From Terriglobia bacterium (GTDB taxonomy: Bacteria > Acidobacteriota > Terriglobia > 20CM-2-55-15), in the NCBI GenBank assembly GCA_965198225.1, contig CBDAOY010000009.1, positions 1,216,001 through 1,280,000 of the forward strand: 64,000 nt of DNA, in the 5' to 3' direction. Of the stretch, positions 58,575 through 64,000 are shown one piece after another (position 1 is the first letter of the stretch; every line of letters starts with the position of its first letter). A program made the translations under genes and the position numbers. The notes beneath the pieces are model-generated. The model did no database searches and was not told where the DNA came from. It saw only the letters and a program-made list of their open reading frames with translations.

Positions 58575-60392
58575 ATGTATCTTCACCACATGAAATCCCT
58601 CCTTGCGTTGGCCGTGTCGTTGTTCGGGCTCACCCTGTGGATGGTGGCGGCCCCCGCGCAGATGGAAGCGGATTACGTAGGACAGCAGGTCTGCGCGGCA
58701 TGTCATCCCGCCATCGCGGAGAGTTATGAGCAGGTGGGGATGGCTCGAACCTTCCAGCCTATCGAAGAGGTCGTGCCAATCGAAGATTGGAAGGAAAACA
58801 ACAGTTACTATCACGAGCTGTCGGGACAGTACTTCCTGATGACAAGCAGGGACGGGAGATTCTTCCAGAAGCGATACCAGCTCGATGGCGACGGCCGGGA
58901 AATCAACGCGTTCGAGATGGAGATCGACTACGCCCTCGGTTCTGGTTTCAAGGAACGCGACTACGCGACTCGACTTCCCGGCGGAGAGCTGGTCCAGATG
59001 CCGGTGGTCTGGTACGGCGATGAAGGCGCCTGGTCCATTGCCCCCGGATACGATCATCCAAACCATGACGGGTTTCGCCGCCGCCTGACCTATCGTTGTA
59101 TGTTCTGCCACGCCGCCTACCCGCGAACGGGCAACACGCAGGGCAGCTACGAGGCGCAGACGCCCTTGTTTGAGCCGGGGGTCTCGACGGGAGTCGATTG
59201 CGAGCGTTGCCACGGTCCGGGAGGCCTCCACGTCCAACGCGCCTCCGCGGGCGCGCCCGACGCCGACATTATTGAAAGCATCGTGAACCCGTCGCGGCTC
59301 GACCGGGACCGTGAGATGGATGTCTGCCTGCAGTGTCACCTGGAGACGACCAGCACGCCTCTGCCGAATTCCACTCTGAAGGTTGGTCGCGGTGTGTTTT
59401 CCTTCCGACCCGGTGAAAAGCTGACCGACTACGCCGCCTATTTCGATTTCCCCCGGGGCGTCGGCCACGATGACGACTTCAACATCGTCCACCAGGGCTA
59501 CCAACTCGTCCGATCGGCGTGTTTCAAGGGCAGCGAGATGACCTGCGTGACCTGCCACGATCCGCACCGGACACCAGAAGACCGGGTGAGGTTCTTCAAG
59601 GCGCGCTGCATGGAGTGCCACGACGAGGGGAGTTGTTTGCTCGAGGAGACGGAGCGGACGGCCGCAAACGGCGATAACTGTATGAACTGTCACATGCCGC
59701 AACGGAGGACCAACGACATCGTCCACGTCGTCATGACCGACCATTACATCCAGAGGTTCGCCCCGGAAGACCCGCTGGCACCGATCGAGGAGAAAGACAA
59801 TGCGGGATACCGTGGCGACCTGGCCTTCTACCTGCCGGAGGAGAATGCGGAGCTGTACATGGGGATAGGGCTGGTTCGAGGCCCTGACATCCAACGGGGT
59901 GTCCAGATCCTCGAACGCGCGATCGATAGCGACGCACCGACAACTGCCGAACCATATTTCTACCTGGCCGCCGCGTATCGAGAACTGGGTCGTTCCGAGC
60001 GCGCGATGGATCACTACCGCAGAGCCATCGAGATCGATCCGGCCTATGCGGAGGCACACTACAACCTCGGGCTCATCCATGTCGGAGACCGGCGATTCGA
60101 CAGGGCGCTTGAATTGTTCGAGGACGCCATCCGCCTTCAACCCAACCGAGCCGACAACTACGTTGGTGCCGGTGTGGCACTCGCCCAACTCGGTCGTCTC
60201 GAGGACGCGAAGCGATCCTACCTGCGTGCGCTCGAATTGGATCCTCTCAACACCGTGGCCCTGAACAACCTGGGGACGCAGGAACTCCGGGTGGGGAATC
60301 GAGAGGGTGCCGCTTCTTATTTCAGACAGGTCCTGCGGATCGAACCCAACGACCGGGTGGCCCGGGATATGCTGGCGCGCCCGGGGGGGTGA
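58575..60392 (+). CDS. Exported multiheme c-type cytochrome (7 CxxCH) with C-terminal TPRs
   Basis: CAACH, CMFCH, CERCH, CLQCH, CVTCH, CMECH, CMNCH; TPR motifs (AIEIDP.YAEAHYNLG); the start may be at 58590. Confidence 0.9.
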   Translation: MYLHHMKSLLALAVSLFGLTLWMVAAPAQMEADYVGQQVCAACHPAIAESYEQVGMARTFQPIEEVVPIEDWKENNSYYHELSGQYFLMTSRDGRFFQKRYQLDGDGREINAFEMEIDYALGSGFKERDYATRLPGGELVQMPVVWYGDEGAWSIAPGYDHPNHDGFRRRLTYRCMFCHAAYPRTGNTQGSYEAQTPLFEPGVSTGVDCERCHGPGGLHVQRASAGAPDADIIESIVNPSRLDRDREMDVCLQCHLETTSTPLPNSTLKVGRGVFSFRPGEKLTDYAAYFDFPRGVGHDDDFNIVHQGYQLVRSACFKGSEMTCVTCHDPHRTPEDRVRFFKARCMECHDEGSCLLEETERTAANGDNCMNCHMPQRRTNDIVHVVMTDHYIQRFAPEDPLAPIEEKDNAGYRGDLAFYLPEENAELYMGIGLVRGPDIQRGVQILERAIDSDAPTTAEPYFYLAAAYRELGRSERAMDHYRRAIEIDPAYAEAHYNLGLIHVGDRRFDRALELFEDAIRLQPNRADNYVGAGVALAQLGRLEDAKRSYLRALELDPLNTVALNNLGTQELRVGNREGAASYFRQVLRIEPNDRVARDMLARPGG

Positions 60393-60535
60393 TGAGTGAC
60401 AAGTTGCTGGTGGCCATGCGCCTCGACCCTCCCGTCACGCGTCAGATTTCCTTGACCGCGCCCTTTTTCCCCGGCCAAGCCGTCGTGTCAGTCTCTCCTG
60501 GTCGAAAGACACCACCCGCAGGTTTTGGGTAGCCA

Positions 60536-60808
60536 AGCAGCCCGTGGCAGAAGTCTGATGGTTCGCGCGCACGGGTCTTGCGAGGCGGAGACGAGGCGCG
60601 AGGAGGAATTGATGCTGTTTCATCATGACGACGAGCAACAAAGTATCCGACCGCAACCCCCGTGCGCCCGGAGGGTTACGGCGGCGTCCCACCATCTGCG
60701 GTGTTGCCGCACCTCAACGATGTCCCAGCATCGCAATCGGCGCGGCGCCTAGCAGCTGGCGCAACGGCCGCCGTAACGCGAGCCATCAGACTTCTGCCAC
60801 GGGCTGCT
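60536..60808. mobile_element. MITE-like element C (273 bp, 32-bp TIRs)
   Basis: agcagcccgtggcagaagtctgatggttcgcg / cgcgagccatcagacttctgccacgggctgct, 1 mismatch. Confidence 0.8.
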
Positions 60809-60914
60809 AGATCATTGCCTGAATCTTTTGACATCGCGTTTTGGTGGGTGTTTAATTGCAGCTGAGTTACTGTACCACCCTAATTCATCTGAACATGCTG
60901 CGAGGATTGGAGCT

Positions 60915-62420
60915 GTGCGACGAAATTTGGTGGGCGTCCTGGTGTTTGTGCTCGTGTCTGCCGCGATGACCCCGTGGGGAGGGCTCGCCGGCCAGCAGCC
61001 ACAGCCCTCCCAAGGCAAGATGTTTGAGTACGGAAAGCCACTCGCCCCAAATCAAGACATCTACTACCTCGACGAGCCGAGAGAGGAATGGATCCCGGAC
61101 GAGTTTCTGTCCAACCCCGATCCGGTTGTCGACCCCAAAACACTCAAGGGATATCACCTGCCACCCTTCCTCCACAAAGTGAAGGTGCTCAATCAGGAGG
61201 TCAAAGCGGGTGACACCGTTCGCTTCGAGGCGATGGTCGAGGATGTGGTCGGGGTCAATCCCTGGCCGATCGGTTTCCAGGGACCACAGGGAAGAAGAAC
61301 TTCGTTCACCGTTCGGATGAGGCCGAGCAGCGATAACCCCTTCCTGCACGAAGGGAGCTTCAGAATCCATGAGTGGACCGAGCCGGGACTCTACTTCATG
61401 TACACGCTCGGAATCATTGCCAACGAGCTGGGCCACTCGAAAGCGTATTTCCAGGACTATCACCCGGGACTCAAGGACGTCTACTTCACGGTTCTGCCCA
61501 ATCCGAAAGCCGACGTCATGCCGCCGGTGTTGGAGGAAGTGCGAATCGGTGAAAAGACCCTGGCCTCAGACGAGGTGCCGAGTTTCGATATCTCACAGGC
61601 GATCCCCGTTTATGTGCGCGCGACGGACAACATTTCGGGTGTGGCCAGCATCAAGGTGCGCCTCATCAACTCGCTGGAGAGATACAGCGAGCTGACGCTC
61701 CTTCCCACATTCGAGGAAGAGGACTGGTACGTGGGGTACGTCAATATCCCCAAGCACTATGTCGGCGGCCCCTACCGGGTGATGTCGATGTGGATCGGGG
61801 ACCGGGCCGGACAGCAGGTGTTCATGTTCGGCAACACCCATCCTCTGCTGAAGACGGCCAGGTTCAACGTCATCCAGGATCCCGCCCAGGCGGATACGGT
61901 TCCTCCGCGGCTGATCACCGTGACAGTGGATCGGACCCAAGCGGCTCTCGGCTCGCAGATTCAGGTTACCGCCGTTGCCGTGGATGACCTGTCGGGTGTC
62001 GGAACCCTGGTCATCGATTTCGCGGCAATGCCCAGCTACATCGACAAGAGGCGCGTCCATATGAACGCGGTCGCTCGGCCGGAGATCATCCAGAAATCAG
62101 GGTTCAATATCGACGAGAACACCTATGTCGGCAGTTTCCGCACGCACGTGATGGACGAGCCTGGTGAGTGGCACGTCGTCCGTGTGATGGCTCGCGACAA
62201 TGCGGACAACCTGCTCGACATGCGCGAATACGAATACCCCCTGCTGGCCAACGTGAAGATCGACTTCACCGGCGGCAGCAACCCTGCGGCGGCGAACAGG
62301 CGGATGACCCTGACATCCGGAGCGGCGACCCAATCCGCCGCACCCGGTAGAGTCCGGCGTGTGGACATGATTCCACCCCACCCCCCGCGAGGTGCATGTT
62401 TGAATTGTCATGTGCCGTAA
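60915..62420 (+). CDS. Secreted protein with three Ig-like repeats and a C-terminal PH-x5-CxxCH heme motif
   Basis: Signal peptide; DxxPP...D.xSGV...D.A.N repeats; ends in PPHPPRGACLNCHVP. Confidence 0.75.
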   Translation: MRRNLVGVLVFVLVSAAMTPWGGLAGQQPQPSQGKMFEYGKPLAPNQDIYYLDEPREEWIPDEFLSNPDPVVDPKTLKGYHLPPFLHKVKVLNQEVKAGDTVRFEAMVEDVVGVNPWPIGFQGPQGRRTSFTVRMRPSSDNPFLHEGSFRIHEWTEPGLYFMYTLGIIANELGHSKAYFQDYHPGLKDVYFTVLPNPKADVMPPVLEEVRIGEKTLASDEVPSFDISQAIPVYVRATDNISGVASIKVRLINSLERYSELTLLPTFEEEDWYVGYVNIPKHYVGGPYRVMSMWIGDRAGQQVFMFGNTHPLLKTARFNVIQDPAQADTVPPRLITVTVDRTQAALGSQIQVTAVAVDDLSGVGTLVIDFAAMPSYIDKRRVHMNAVARPEIIQKSGFNIDENTYVGSFRTHVMDEPGEWHVVRVMARDNADNLLDMREYEYPLLANVKIDFTGGSNPAAANRRMTLTSGAATQSAAPGRVRRVDMIPPHPPRGACLNCHVP

Positions 62421-62489
62421 TTGGTACAGTTTTCTTGATGGGAATTCAGTTGAGAAGTTGTGAACGAAGGACTTCAAGGAGCATTGAGA

Positions 62490-63686
62490 ATGGATAGAAG
62501 AGACCTCCTCAAGACATTGGGAATGACCGGTGCAGGCACCGTCCTCGCCCCCGGCCTGATGGCGGGTGCAGAGAGGCAGGCCGCCGACGGCTTGGGGTTC
62601 AATTTCAAGACAAAGCACCTGATCTACCTCATAACGGGGAACGGGAGTCGGAAAAAGGAATGGTACGAATCCCCCGAGATCTGCCCGAATGCGCAGCGAA
62701 TCGCGAAAGAGGGTTTCACCTACTACGAGGACAACAACGTCACGACCGGCAGTCACGGCACGAGCTTCACCGAGCTCTTGACCGGTGCTCCTTATTTTAC
62801 GGGCGTCCCTGTCTTTCCGACGATGCCGCACTATGTCCGCAAGGCTTACGGAGACAAGGCCACCAACTACTGGTATTTGAACGGGGTTTCCTACTACCGC
62901 CAGTGGCGATTCAACGTCAAGTACTTCACGTCTCATAAGGACTTCGGTGAGGAGACGCGGCCGGTCTCGTTGACGACGCGGCACTTCTTCCACGAGGGCC
63001 ACGAGAGAACCCCCGATCAGATCGTTGCCGAGGAGTTCCCGGACATGGGTCTGACCGATGCCGAGAAGAAGCAGATGGAGGAGTTCATCGCCGACATCCA
63101 GGCGAGACAGGATTGGAATCCGGTCGGTTTGAAGAATCCTCCGATCCCCTACGACCCCTATCTGTCGGAGGCGCGGTCACTGCACGTCCTCCCGCAGATC
63201 ATGAAGGAATTCAAGCCGCGGATGCTGCTCTGGCAGCAGACGGGTCACGATGCCGGGCATGGCGCCGGCGGATACCTCCGTCAGGAGACCGGATGGCTGG
63301 ACTACTCCAAAGTCTGCAAGACGACGGATGAACAGATCGGCCGGATCTTCGATTTCATCAAGAACGATCCCTATTTCTCGAAGAACACCACGATTGTGAT
63401 GCGGCCCGAATTCGGCCGCGACGACGAAGTCAACCTCTACGGGGAGATCCACCACTCGACCGGCTACTATTACGCGCACCGTTCGGCCTCCACTTTCTGG
63501 GGACCGGACATCAAAGTGGGTAATTCCGGCCTGGTCGTGAGCCGTTACGATATGTCGAAGACCATCGATGCGATGTTCAACGTCGATGCGACTTACAGCC
63601 GCGGCCAGATCCGCAACCACATGTTCAAAGACCACGTCGGCAATTTGCCGGAATACCGGGAAAATACGCCGTTGTTCGTTGGTTGA
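62490..63686 (+). CDS. Tat-exported alkaline-phosphatase-superfamily (DUF1501-like) protein
   Basis: MDRRDLLK twin-arginine signal; GSHG, HDAGH, TDEQIG....I..DP....TTIV..PEFGRD, HHS. Confidence 0.7.
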   Translation: MDRRDLLKTLGMTGAGTVLAPGLMAGAERQAADGLGFNFKTKHLIYLITGNGSRKKEWYESPEICPNAQRIAKEGFTYYEDNNVTTGSHGTSFTELLTGAPYFTGVPVFPTMPHYVRKAYGDKATNYWYLNGVSYYRQWRFNVKYFTSHKDFGEETRPVSLTTRHFFHEGHERTPDQIVAEEFPDMGLTDAEKKQMEEFIADIQARQDWNPVGLKNPPIPYDPYLSEARSLHVLPQIMKEFKPRMLLWQQTGHDAGHGAGGYLRQETGWLDYSKVCKTTDEQIGRIFDFIKNDPYFSKNTTIVMRPEFGRDDEVNLYGEIHHSTGYYYAHRSASTFWGPDIKVGNSGLVVSRYDMSKTIDAMFNVDATYSRGQIRNHMFKDHVGNLPEYRENTPLFVG

Positions 63687-63808
63687 GCTTCGCGGAGCCT
63701 GACGGGGATTGGCTACTCGTCAGGTTCCGTCCCTCCGACGCGATCTGGCCCGCGTTTCTACACACCCCGTGTTACTCCAGCAGAAAGCGACACCTGTCGG
63801 GAATTCGC

Positions 63809-63960
63809 GTGCGGTCTATGACCGCACGTTCTTGCCGGCGATGTCTTGTGCGCTCATAGAGCGCACCTACACCTGAGGAGGCAAAACGAGGTCAGGCAAG
63901 TGTAGGTTGCGCTCATAGAGCGCACCTACAGGAGGCAAACGAGGTCAGGCAAGTGTAGGT
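63809..63960. repeat. REP cluster with a tandemly duplicated linker
   Basis: REP units at 63809, 63848 and 63900; ggaggcaaa(a)cgaggtcaggcaagtgtaggt occurs twice. Confidence 0.85.
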
Positions 63961-64000
63961 GGCTGGTCTATCGACTTGAGATCGCACATTCTTGCGTATC

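Noticed and set aside
58428-60188. 586-aa minus-strand ORF (and similar ORFs at 2461-3729, 17283-18698 and 39339-40562)
   Set aside because: Each is the antisense shadow of a well-supported gene on the other strand.
60915-63686. Magnetosome gene island
   Set aside because: Only one MCR-like motif is present, and no mamA/B/E/K/M/O/P/Q-like genes are in the window.
63809-63960. Possible CRISPR array at the window end
   Set aside because: The spacers are duplicates of each other and the repeats belong to the REP family.

Overview
Bacterial chromosomal segment of roughly 60-65% GC. The gene set points to Acidobacteriota (QSLADxAR and glycine-zipper secreted proteins, a carboxypeptidase-regulatory-like repeat protein, an FADGGG-repeat domain, a multiheme-TPR cytochrome and a Tes-like radical SAM enzyme). 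The first 20 kb holds trxB-DUF2203-folB, a tetraether-synthase (Tes/GDGT-MAS)-like radical SAM gene, Fe-S assembly factors, a TPP riboswitch with thiC, cysE, a branched-chain-type 2-oxoacid dehydrogenase, korAB and two tRNAs. The middle holds transporters, AmpG, Hsp20, a stand-alone GHKL ATPase, a split aconitase X, a Cpx-like two-component system with Spy, and a complete hydantoin racemase/hydantoinase/D-carbamoylase cluster with an ABC transporter. The right end holds pilB and an exported module: a 7-heme TPR cytochrome, an Ig-repeat protein ending in a magnetochrome-like heme motif, and a Tat-exported AP-superfamily protein. Intergenic DNA is rich in GTAG-type REPs, 9-mer and 7-mer repeats, three MITE-like elements (two share an internal core but have different ends), an IS5 remnant and a Ser/Thr kinase remnant. 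There is no CRISPR array, prophage or intact transposase. All family assignments are from motif recognition by eye, without database searches.
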